Assembly (NCBI GenBank): GCA_945860595.1
Contig: CAMAQV010000007.1
Span: 15,595 to 79,594, forward strand
Direction of reading: 5' to 3'
Source of the DNA: Comamonas sp. lk
GTDB taxonomy: Bacteria > Pseudomonadota > Gammaproteobacteria > Burkholderiales > Burkholderiaceae_C
Length of the DNA stretch: 64,000 bases
Notes under the pieces: model-generated
The model's input: the letters and a program-made list of their open reading frames with translations, nothing else
Told to the model about the DNA's origin: nothing
The model's database searches: none
Part shown: piece after piece, positions 27,895 to 36,567 of the stretch
Layout of the letters: the number at the start of each line of letters is the position of its first letter
Numbering within the stretch: the first letter of the stretch is position 1
Translations under genes and position numbers: made by a program

Positions 27895-29034
27895 ATGACC
27901 CACACAACAAGTCCCGCCGACTCCGGCATTGTCCAGCTCACCATCAGCCCGCGCATCCGGCGCTCGGCTTTTTATGCGGCCACGGTGCGCGATGGCGTCA
28001 GCCATTTCACGGTCTACAACAAGATGCTGATGCCTCTGTCCTTCGGCCACTTATCAGCCGAATACCAGCGCCTGATGCACGGTGTGGCCATGTGGGACGT
28101 GGCGGTGGAGCGCCAGGTGGAAGTCAGCGGCCCCGACGCGCATGCGCTGGTGCAGGCCCTGAGCGCGCGTGATCTCAGCCGCATGCAAGTCGGGCAGGGC
28201 AAATACGTGGCCATGTGCGACCACAGCGGGCGCTTGCTCAACGACCCGGTGCTGCTCAAGCTGTCGGACCGCTACTGGTTTTCGCTAGCCGACAGCGACA
28301 TGCTGATGTGGGTGCGTGCGGTGGCCGCCGAGCGGGGCTTCAACGTGGCCGTCTGCGAGCCGGACGTCTCGCCCCTGGCGATCCAGGGCCCCAAGGCCGA
28401 GGCGCTGGCGGCCAAGCTGTTTGGCGCGCATGTGCGGGCCATCAAATACTTCGGCTGCATTGAGACTGATTTGCAGGGCATCCCCTTGGTCTTGTGCCGT
28501 TCGGGCTGGAGCAAGCAAGGCGGCTTTGAGCTGTTTTTGCGCGACGGCAGCCGGGGTGATGAACTCTGGGAACTGGTCAAAGCGGCGGGCCAGGAATTCG
28601 GCATCGGCCCGGGCGCGCCCAACCACATTGAGCGTGTGGAAAGTGGCCTGCTGTCCTGGGGCGGCGACACCACGGCGGACACCAACCCGTTTGAAGCCAA
28701 TATGGCCAAATTTGTCGATGTGGACTGCGCAGCGGATTACATCGGCAAAGCCGCTTTGCAAAAAATCGCAGCGAATGGCCCGGCGCGTTTGATGGTGGGT
28801 TTGCGTCTGGATGGGCAGGCCCCGTCGGACTGGCCCCTGATTGAGCGTGCGCCGGTTTTGCTGAACGGCAGTCAGGTTGGCACCCTGTCGGCGGTGGTCT
28901 TCTCACCTGCCTTGAAATGCACCATCGGCATCGCCCAGGTCCAGCGCGAAGTCGTGCAGGCGGGGCAGCGGGTGCAGGTGCTCACGCCCATCGGCCTGCA
29001 AGGCGCTGTGACCCAGGCCTTGCCCTTTATTTAA
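27895..29034 (+). CDS. GcvT-family THF-dependent methyltransferase, DMSP demethylase (DmdA)-like
   Basis: VYNKMLMP, WDVAVERQV, LNDPV, SLADSD, EPDVSPLAIQGP, RSGWSKQGGFE and PNHIERVESGLLSWG match my recollection of DmdA rather than GcvT. No gcvH or gcvP nearby. Confidence 0.8.
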   Translation: MTHTTSPADSGIVQLTISPRIRRSAFYAATVRDGVSHFTVYNKMLMPLSFGHLSAEYQRLMHGVAMWDVAVERQVEVSGPDAHALVQALSARDLSRMQVGQGKYVAMCDHSGRLLNDPVLLKLSDRYWFSLADSDMLMWVRAVAAERGFNVAVCEPDVSPLAIQGPKAEALAAKLFGAHVRAIKYFGCIETDLQGIPLVLCRSGWSKQGGFELFLRDGSRGDELWELVKAAGQEFGIGPGAPNHIERVESGLLSWGGDTTADTNPFEANMAKFVDVDCAADYIGKAALQKIAANGPARLMVGLRLDGQAPSDWPLIERAPVLLNGSQVGTLSAVVFSPALKCTIGIAQVQREVVQAGQRVQVLTPIGLQGAVTQALPFI

Positions 29035-29959
29035 CCGCAGCGTCCACCCGGCGCGGCCAGGGCAGGCTGCCCCACATGCCGCTGGACATCGACGTGCCCG
29101 CCACGATGACCAGCGCGCAGGTCACCATCCAGGGCGTGACCACTTCGCCGAAAAACACCACGCCGTAGAGCACTGCAAACATGGGGATGGCAAAGGTCAC
29201 CGACAGCGTGCGCGCGGGTCCAGCGCGCTGGATCAAGCGGAAAAATAGCAAATACGCCGATCCGGTGCACAAGACCCCCAGCGTCAACGCCGACAGCCAA
29301 GCTGCGTGCGACACCGCTTGTTCTGGCCAGTAATAGAAGGTCAAAGGCGCCATCGCTACGCTGGCGCCGAGCTGGCTGCCCGCCGCCATCACCAGCGGCG
29401 GTACACCCGTGGCAAAGCGCTTGGTGATGCTGGCGGCTAGTCCGTAGCAGACGCAGGCAAACAGGCAGGCCACCACGGCCCAACCGGTGGCAGTACCACC
29501 CGGCACCGGCTCGAAGCTGACCTTATCCCAGGCCAGCATGGCAACGCCGCCAAAGCCGATAGCCAGCCCCAGCATGCGCGTTGCATTCGGCCGGTCCTTG
29601 AGCCAGACCCAGGCCACCAGCGCCCCGAACAGCGGGACGGTGGCGTTCAAGATGGATGACAGACCGATAGAAATCGACAAGAGCGCAAAGGTAAAGCAGG
29701 CAAAAGGAATCGCCGAATTCAGCAGGCCAATCGACAAAGCCAGTTTCCAGTGCGTCCGCAAATCCCGTAGCAGACCGCGCATCGCCAGCAGCGGCACCAG
29801 CATCAAAGCAGCGATGCCAACACGCAGACCCGCGGTGGGCAGCGCGCCGAACTCCACCGTGGCGATGCGCATGAACATAAATGAGGCACCCCAAATCGCC
29901 GCCAGCAACACAAACTCCACCTGCCAGGGCGGCGAAAAATTCTTCAAGGGGAAATTCAT
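29027..29959 (-). CDS. DMT/EamA-family transporter
   Basis: About 10 TM segments; IWGASFMFMRIA, LLNSAIPF and ILNATVPLF. ATG overlaps the ogt stop. Confidence 0.88.
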   Translation of the reverse strand: MNFPLKNFSPPWQVEFVLLAAIWGASFMFMRIATVEFGALPTAGLRVGIAALMLVPLLAMRGLLRDLRTHWKLALSIGLLNSAIPFACFTFALLSISIGLSSILNATVPLFGALVAWVWLKDRPNATRMLGLAIGFGGVAMLAWDKVSFEPVPGGTATGWAVVACLFACVCYGLAASITKRFATGVPPLVMAAGSQLGASVAMAPLTFYYWPEQAVSHAAWLSALTLGVLCTGSAYLLFFRLIQRAGPARTLSVTFAIPMFAVLYGVVFFGEVVTPWMVTCALVIVAGTSMSSGMWGSLPWPRRVDAAVK

Positions 29960-30459
29960 AAAGCCTTTTCGAGTTGCAGCAAGGCGACTTTGCGCTCCAA
30001 GCCACCGGCGTAACCGGTCAGCGCACCCGTGCTGCCCACCACACGGTGGCAGGGCACGATGATACTGAGCGGGTTGCGCCCCACCGCCGCGCCCACCGCG
30101 CGCGATGCCGCAGGCTGCCCCAGGTAGCGCGCAATGTCGCCGTAGCTTTGGGTCACGCCATAGGGAATCGCCCGCAGCCGCTCCCACACGCTTTGCTGAA
30201 ACGGCGTGCCCAAAGACAGATCCAAGGGCAGCTCAAAGCGGGCGCGCTGCGCGGCGAAATAGGCTGCGAGTTGCGTGGCGGCGGCTTGCAGAACCGGGTG
30301 CGTGGGCACGAATTCCCAGTGCTGCGGATCGGGCTGGTGCGCTTGCCCATCAAACCACAGGCCACACAGGCCTTGTGCGCTGGCGGCCAGGGTCATGGCA
30401 CCCAATGGGCTGTTGTATTTGGCGCGGACCCATCGTGGCGTGGCGGCGGTGTTTGTCAT
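29956..30459 (-). CDS. ogt: Methylated-DNA--protein-cysteine methyltransferase
   Basis: TPFQQSVW, IPYG..SYG, RAVGAA and active-site IVPCHRV. Start placed at MTNTAATP. Confidence 0.92.
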   Translation of the reverse strand: MTNTAATPRWVRAKYNSPLGAMTLAASAQGLCGLWFDGQAHQPDPQHWEFVPTHPVLQAAATQLAAYFAAQRARFELPLDLSLGTPFQQSVWERLRAIPYGVTQSYGDIARYLGQPAASRAVGAAVGRNPLSIIVPCHRVVGSTGALTGYAGGLERKVALLQLEKAL

Positions 30460-30746
30460 GGGGATGGTCCTTTCTGCGGGTTGGGTGGCGACGGGAATCG
30501 CGGGCGCGCCAGCATCAGCAACAACGCTGCCGCTGATCCGCAGCGAAGCCAGGGGCAAATCATAGTTAGTAAACAGTGATTGCGCTGGATGTTTTGGGGC
30601 GTGCGCAACGGCCTTTGCCCACCCAAGTCGCAGACCATCGCTCCGCGGCATGCCATTGGCTGTGGGCCCCGACCTAAAATCGATGCGCTGGCGCATGGGC
30701 TTCCCGTTCCCAGCTGCGCCCAGTTCCGTCCTTACCAAAGTACCGC

Positions 30747-32129
30747 ATGCAACTCTCAGCCAGCATCTTCAAAGCCTACGACATCCGTGGCATCGTGCCT
30801 TCCACGCTCACCGAAGAAGTGGCGTTCGATTTGGGTCGGACGTTTGGCACCGTAGCCCGTGCGCAAGGCGAAACCACGGTGGCGGTGGGGCGCGACGGGC
30901 GCCTGAGCGGACCGGTACTGGCCGAGGCCTTGATGCGCGGCTTGCAAGAGGCGGGCATGCAGGTGATTGACGTGGGTATGGTGACCACGCCCATGCTGTA
31001 TTTCGCCGCCAACACGCTGTGCGCCAGCGGCATACAGGTCACCGGCAGCCACAACCCCAAGGATTACAACGGCTTCAAGATGGTGATGGCGGGCAAGGCG
31101 ATTTATGGCGACGAAATCCAGGCCCTGCGGCAGATGATGGTCGATGAATCCTGGACCTTGCGCAGCGGCGGTTCGCGCAGCGTGGCCGATGTCCTGCCCG
31201 CATACACCGCGCGCATCGTCGGCGACATCCGCCTGGCACGGCCTTTGAAAATTGTGGTGGACTGCGGCAATGGTGTAGCCGGTGCCAGCGCACCGGGCAT
31301 CTTGCGCGCGGTGGGCTGCGAGGTCATCGAGCTGTTCAGCGAAGTCGACGGTACCTTCCCCAACCACCATCCAGACCCGAGCAAACCGGAGAACCTTCGC
31401 GACCTGATCGCCGCTTTGCATACCAGTGATGCCGAACTCGGTCTGGCCTTTGACGGCGACGGCGACCGCCTGGGCATCGTCACCAAAGACGGTACGAATA
31501 TTTTTCCGGACCGGCAGATGATGCTGTTTGCGCAGGACGTGCTGTCCCGCGTGCCTGGCGGAACTATTCTGTTTGACGTGAAATGTTCCCAGCGTCTGGC
31601 CCCGGCCATCACGGCGGCGGGCGGTGTGCCCATGATGTTCAAGACTGGCCATTCGCTGATCAAGGCGCAAATGAAAGCCATCAACTCGCCGCTGGGCGGC
31701 GAGATGAGTGGGCACATTTTTTTCAAGGAACGCTGGTACGGGTTCGATGACGGCACCTACGCCGGCTGCCGCTTGCTGGAAATTGTCAGCAAGGTCTCGG
31801 ACGCGAATGTGCTGCTGAATGGATTGCCGTCGAGCTTTTCCACGCCCGAACTCAATGTGCTGTGCGCCGAGGGCGAACCACCGACCGTGGTGGCGCAGCT
31901 GGTCGCGCGTGCAGCTTTTGCAGCCCCTGCGGTCGTCAACACCATCGATGGCTTGCGCGTCGATTGGCCGGACGGCTTCGGGCTGGTGCGCGCATCCAAC
32001 ACCACACCGGTTCTGGTGCTGCGGTTTGAGGGCCACACGCAGGCGGCGCTGGAGCGTATTGAGAACGCCATGCTGGCGCTGCTGCGCGAGGTCAAGCCTG
32101 GCGCGCAGATACAGAGCGCGGCGCATTGA
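30747..32129 (+). CDS. Phosphomannomutase/phosphoglucomutase (AlgC-like)
   Basis: IFKAYDIRG, TGSHNP (phosphoserine), FDGDGDR, GEMSGH and RASNT. Confidence 0.94.
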   Translation: MQLSASIFKAYDIRGIVPSTLTEEVAFDLGRTFGTVARAQGETTVAVGRDGRLSGPVLAEALMRGLQEAGMQVIDVGMVTTPMLYFAANTLCASGIQVTGSHNPKDYNGFKMVMAGKAIYGDEIQALRQMMVDESWTLRSGGSRSVADVLPAYTARIVGDIRLARPLKIVVDCGNGVAGASAPGILRAVGCEVIELFSEVDGTFPNHHPDPSKPENLRDLIAALHTSDAELGLAFDGDGDRLGIVTKDGTNIFPDRQMMLFAQDVLSRVPGGTILFDVKCSQRLAPAITAAGGVPMMFKTGHSLIKAQMKAINSPLGGEMSGHIFFKERWYGFDDGTYAGCRLLEIVSKVSDANVLLNGLPSSFSTPELNVLCAEGEPPTVVAQLVARAAFAAPAVVNTIDGLRVDWPDGFGLVRASNTTPVLVLRFEGHTQAALERIENAMLALLREVKPGAQIQSAAH

Positions 32130-33133
32130 CGAGTAGGCCGCGCGTGGCCTTGCAACTGCTGATCGTCAAACTCTCTTCGCTGGGCGATGTGGTGCAGACC
32201 GCTGCGGTAGTGCAGGATGTGCTGCGCCGCTTTCCCGACGCGCAAATCGATTGGGTCGTCGAAGAAGCATTCGCCCCGCTGGTCGCTTTGGTAGGCGGCG
32301 TGCGCCGGGTGATACCGGTGGCCCAGCGGCGCTGGCGCAAGTCGCGCTGGAGCGTGGTGACCCGACGTGAGCGCGCAGCCTTTCTGCGCGACCTGCGTAC
32401 CGAAGCCTATGACGTCGTGCTGGACTTCCAGGGCCTCATCAAGTCGGCGCTGGTAGCGCGGCAGGCGCGGCTGCGTCCCGCTGGCTTCAGCGCCAGCTAT
32501 GCCAATGGCAGCGACGCCTGTTCTTACGAATGGCCGGTGCGCTGGCTGCTGCGCCGCAGCTTTGCCATGCCGCAGCGCATCCATGCGGTGGCGCGTTACC
32601 GCCTGCTGGCCGCTTTGGCGCTGGGCTACAGCGCACAGGAGCCTGCGGCGGTGCGTTGGCTGCTGCCGCACGCGGTCACGCCGAGCAAGACCCTGGTTTT
32701 TGCCCATGGCACCACACGCGCCGACAATGAATGGAGTCCTTCAAACTGGCTCGCGCTGGGACATCAGCTGATCGCACAAGGCTTTGCCTTGGCCCTGCCC
32801 CAATCGAATAATGCGGAACTGGCGCGCGCCCAGACTTTGGCGCAGGCCTGGGGGCCGCAGACTAGCGTTTGGCCGCGTGAATCGCTGGCCGATGTGACAC
32901 GGCGTATGGCTGCCTGTGTGGGCGTGGTCGGAGTGGATTCGGGCCTGAGCCATATTGCTGTTGCGCTGGGCTTGCCGCATGTGCAAATCTTCAGTCAGGA
33001 TCGCGCCTGGCGCGCCGGGCCGGTGGGCTGCGCGCACCAGCTTGCGGTCGGTGGCAGTACTGCGCCCGATGTGGCGGCGGTCTTGGAGGCCTGGAATACG
33101 GTTTGGGCCACCCGTCCGCAGGAGCCGATGTGA
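32126..33133 (+). CDS. waaC: Lipopolysaccharide heptosyltransferase I (GT9)
   Basis: VKLSSLGDVV, IDWVVEEAF, DFQGLIKSA and GVDSGLSHIAVAL. Lies between pmm and waaA. Confidence 0.87.
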   Translation: MTSRPRVALQLLIVKLSSLGDVVQTAAVVQDVLRRFPDAQIDWVVEEAFAPLVALVGGVRRVIPVAQRRWRKSRWSVVTRRERAAFLRDLRTEAYDVVLDFQGLIKSALVARQARLRPAGFSASYANGSDACSYEWPVRWLLRRSFAMPQRIHAVARYRLLAALALGYSAQEPAAVRWLLPHAVTPSKTLVFAHGTTRADNEWSPSNWLALGHQLIAQGFALALPQSNNAELARAQTLAQAWGPQTSVWPRESLADVTRRMAACVGVVGVDSGLSHIAVALGLPHVQIFSQDRAWRAGPVGCAHQLAVGGSTAPDVAAVLEAWNTVWATRPQEPM

Positions 33134-34449
33134 AAGCCCCCGCTGCTTTGTCTGCGCGGCTAGCGTTGGCGATCTACGGTGTTGTGTGCTGGGTGGTGAT
33201 TCCGCTGCTGCGCTGGCGCTTGTACCGCCGCGCCCGTGCTGAGCCGCTGTACGGTCAGCGGGTGTCCGAGCGCTTCGGGCACTACGACGCGGATGTGCCG
33301 GACGCGAGGGCCCAGGGGCCGGGCCTTCGGGTCTGGGTGCACGCGGTGTCGCTGGGCGAGACCCGGGCCGCAGCCTTATTGGTAGCGGCTTTGCGGGAGG
33401 CCATCCCCGGCATGCGCTTGGTGCTCACCCACGGTACCGCCACGGGACGCGCGGCCGGTGCGGCCCTGCTGCAGCCCGGCGATGTGCAGGTCTGGCAACC
33501 CTGGGATTCGCCGGGCGCGGTGCGGCGTTTTTTACAGCACACCGCGCCGCATATGGGCCTGTTGATCGAAACCGAAGTGTGGCCGCAGCTTCTGGCGGGC
33601 TGCGCACAAGCCGGGGTTCCGGTGTACCTGGTGAATGCCCGCTTGAGCGCAGCATCCTTGCGCGCCTACCAGCGTGCGCCCTGGCTGAGCGGACCGGCCT
33701 TTAGCGCGCTGGCCGGTGTCTGGGCCCAAAGCGCTGCCGATGCGGATCGCTTGCGCGCACTGGATGCCCCGGTGCGTGGCGTTCCGGGTAACTTCAAATT
33801 TGACGCCCGCCCGGATGCTGCCCAGGTGGCGCTGGGCAGCGCACTGCGCACCCGCCTGCATAAGCCCGTGCTGATGTTGGCCAGCAGCCGGGAGGGGGAG
33901 GAGGCCATGTGGCTACAGGCCATACAGGCCTCGCGGGGGCGCACGCCTGATTGCCACTGGCTGGTGGTGCCGCGCCACCCGCAGCGTTTTGAGACCGTGG
34001 CCGATGCGGTGCAGCAGGCGGGCCTGACCTTGGCGCGCCGCAGTGCGCATGCTGACCTTGGAGCTTGGGTTGCTGCGCCCGACGCGGTCTGGCTGGGAGA
34101 CAGCCTGGGCGAGATGGCGCTGTATTACAGCCTCGCTGATGTGGCCTTGTTGGGCGGAAGTTTTGCGCCCTTGGGGGGACAGAATTTGATCGAGGCAGCG
34201 GCCTGCGGATGCAGTGTGGTCATGGGTCCGCACACCTTCAATTTCGCCGAGGTCGCCGAACGTGCCGAGGCCGCAGGCGCTGCAGTACGGGCGGCGGATA
34301 TGCCTGTCGCGTTGGTTGAGGCTGCAGCGCTGCTGGCGCTGGATCCGGGTGTGCGCCGTCAGCGTGCCTTGGACTTTGCAGCGGAATCGGGTGGCGCGGT
34401 GCGCCGTACGGTGGATGCGTTACTGGCCTCAGGGCCAGTTTTTACTTAA
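33130..34449 (+). CDS. waaA: 3-deoxy-D-manno-octulosonate transferase
   Basis: VHAVSLGET, ETEVWP, NARLS, PRHPQRF, GDSLGEM and GGQNLIE. GTG 33130 overlaps the waaC stop. Confidence 0.92.
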   Translation: MKAPAALSARLALAIYGVVCWVVIPLLRWRLYRRARAEPLYGQRVSERFGHYDADVPDARAQGPGLRVWVHAVSLGETRAAALLVAALREAIPGMRLVLTHGTATGRAAGAALLQPGDVQVWQPWDSPGAVRRFLQHTAPHMGLLIETEVWPQLLAGCAQAGVPVYLVNARLSAASLRAYQRAPWLSGPAFSALAGVWAQSAADADRLRALDAPVRGVPGNFKFDARPDAAQVALGSALRTRLHKPVLMLASSREGEEAMWLQAIQASRGRTPDCHWLVVPRHPQRFETVADAVQQAGLTLARRSAHADLGAWVAAPDAVWLGDSLGEMALYYSLADVALLGGSFAPLGGQNLIEAAACGCSVVMGPHTFNFAEVAERAEAAGAAVRAADMPVALVEAAALLALDPGVRRQRALDFAAESGGAVRRTVDALLASGPVFT

Positions 34450-35821
34450 GCAGCAGGCCGTCGACTTCTTCCAGGTTGCTCTCGGCCAGGGTGCCGGCGG
34501 ATTGCCGCAGTTTGAGGTTGTTGACCAGCATGTCGTAGCGCGCCTTGGCCAGTTTGGCCTTGGTGTCGTAGAGCTGGCTCTGGGCGTTGAGCACGTCAAT
34601 ATTGATCCGCACACCGACCTCGTAACCCAAGCGGTTGGCGTCCAGCGCACTCTGGCTAGACGCCTCAGCCGCCTCAAAGGCCTTAACCTGGCCGGCCAGC
34701 GAATGCAAGCCGAAGAACACCGTGCGGGTGGCTTGCTGGGCGTTGCGCTTAGCGGCTTCAAGATCGTTGCGGGTTTTGTCTTCCAGCGCCAGGGTCTCCC
34801 GCAGCTTGGCAGAGCGGACGGTTCCCGTGAAGAGGGGAATGTTGACCACAACGCCCATCGACGCGCTTTGGGAATCGCGGTTGCGGGTGTAGGTGTTGAC
34901 GCCGGTGGTGTCATTGGAGCTGTTGGAGCCGCCAAAGGGGTAAAAACCTTTGCCCAATGAGCCGGTCAGGGACACGGTGGGTGAGGTATCGGCGCGCGCT
35001 TTCTCGGTTTCAATGCGCGCCAATTCCAGCTCGGTGCGCTTGCTCTGGATCTGGGGCAAATACTGCTCGGTCAGCGCGGCCCATTCGTTGTCGGTTCCCA
35101 GCACTGTGGGCATTTGCAGGGGTAAGCGCAGACTCTTGGGCTTCAGATTGCTGCGCCCCACTAACTGATCCAGCAGACTGTTCTTCACCGTCAATTCGTT
35201 TTGAGCGGCGATTTCCTGCGCAATCACCAGGTCGAACTTGGCCTGCGCCTCTCGGGTGTCGGTGATGGTGGTGGTGCCGACTTCAAAGTTGCGTTTGGCC
35301 GCCGCCAATTGTTCGGCAACCGCCGCTTTCTGGGCACGGACAAATTCCAAGCTGTCACGCGCTGCCAGCACGTCGAAATAGGCGCTGCTCACCCGCACCA
35401 TCAAATCTTGCCGCGCGGCGACCAGTGTCAGCTCTTCCAGCGCTGCGCTGCGCTGGGCGGACGTGAGGGACAGTTCGTTGAGGCGGTTGTAGATCGTCTG
35501 GCTGAACGACAGGCTGAGCGCACCATTGGTCTCATATTTCTCGCTGGTGGCGTCATAGGTTTCGGTGTAGGACTTGCTTTGCTGCCAGTCTTGCTTCACG
35601 GTGCCTTGCAGGCTGACCACTGGCGCGTACAGCGCCTGCACCTGTTCCGACTTGGCCGATGTGGCGTCAAACCGGGCTTGTGCGGACTGGTAGCTCGCGT
35701 CATAGCCCTGCGCGGCCTGGTACAGCTCCAAAAGACTTTGGGCTTGCGCGCTGAACCCCGGTGCCAGCCCCATCAAAGTGCAAAGCAGCAGGCGTTGAAA
35801 TGGCGCGCGGGTCCGGGGCAT
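34442..35821 (-). CDS. tolC: TolC-family outer membrane channel
   Basis: Signal peptide, QSLLELYQAA, RVSSAYFDVL, KRNFEVG and GYEVGVRINIDVLNAQ. Confidence 0.9.
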   Translation of the reverse strand: MPRTRAPFQRLLLCTLMGLAPGFSAQAQSLLELYQAAQGYDASYQSAQARFDATSAKSEQVQALYAPVVSLQGTVKQDWQQSKSYTETYDATSEKYETNGALSLSFSQTIYNRLNELSLTSAQRSAALEELTLVAARQDLMVRVSSAYFDVLAARDSLEFVRAQKAAVAEQLAAAKRNFEVGTTTITDTREAQAKFDLVIAQEIAAQNELTVKNSLLDQLVGRSNLKPKSLRLPLQMPTVLGTDNEWAALTEQYLPQIQSKRTELELARIETEKARADTSPTVSLTGSLGKGFYPFGGSNSSNDTTGVNTYTRNRDSQSASMGVVVNIPLFTGTVRSAKLRETLALEDKTRNDLEAAKRNAQQATRTVFFGLHSLAGQVKAFEAAEASSQSALDANRLGYEVGVRINIDVLNAQSQLYDTKAKLAKARYDMLVNNLKLRQSAGTLAESNLEEVDGLLLK

Positions 35822-35845
35822 AGGAGGGCTTTCGGTGAACGCAAA

Positions 35846-36514
35846 TCAGAAATGAAAACGTGGCAGTTCGGCAAAACCGTGCAGCCGCGGTGCCACGGTA
35901 TCCCATGGCTGTGTCGTCGTGAAGTCCTTGCCACTGTTACGGCGCACAAAAGTCGCCCGCATCACGGGCAGGTCGCCCACAATGGCGGCCAGGCGCCCGC
36001 CCACACGCAACTGCTGGAGCAGCGCGGTCGGAATTTGCGCCACCGATCCGCTGAGCACAATCACGTCAAAGGGGCCGCCCTCAACGCCCTCACCCGGCGC
36101 AGCTCCGTCGGCAATGCGGACTTCCACGTTGCGCACTCCGGCTTCGCGCAGTCTGTGGTGCGCAGCATCCGCCAGAGCCGGCACGATCTCCAGCGAGATC
36201 ACATGGTGGGCACGGTGGCCAAGCAGCGCGGCCATATAGCCCGAACCGGTGCCGATTTCCAGGACCGAGTCCGTTGGCTCAATGTGGAGGTCTTGCAAGA
36301 TGCGCGCCTCCACCCGTGGCGCGAGCATGTGCTCGCCACAGCCGATGGGCAATTCCATATCGGCAAAAGCCAGGGCGCGGTGCGCTTCGGGAACGAAATC
36401 TTCGCGCCGAACCACGCTCAGCGCGTCCAGAATATCGCCCTCCAGCACGTTCCAGGGCCGGATCTGTTGCTCGATCATGTTGAAGCGGGCGGTTCGGGTA
36501 TCGGTGATTTGCAT
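35846..36514 (-). CDS. pcm: Protein-L-isoaspartate O-methyltransferase
   Basis: ARFNMIEQQIRPW, VRREDFVP and VLEIGTGSGYMAALL. Start placed at MQITDTRT. Confidence 0.88.
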   Translation of the reverse strand: MQITDTRTARFNMIEQQIRPWNVLEGDILDALSVVRREDFVPEAHRALAFADMELPIGCGEHMLAPRVEARILQDLHIEPTDSVLEIGTGSGYMAALLGHRAHHVISLEIVPALADAAHHRLREAGVRNVEVRIADGAAPGEGVEGGPFDVIVLSGSVAQIPTALLQQLRVGGRLAAIVGDLPVMRATFVRRNSGKDFTTTQPWDTVAPRLHGFAELPRFHF

Positions 36515-36567
36515 AGGGTGGTTGGATGGAAGCGCGCAGATATCGAGGGCATCCGTTGCCCTTGGCA

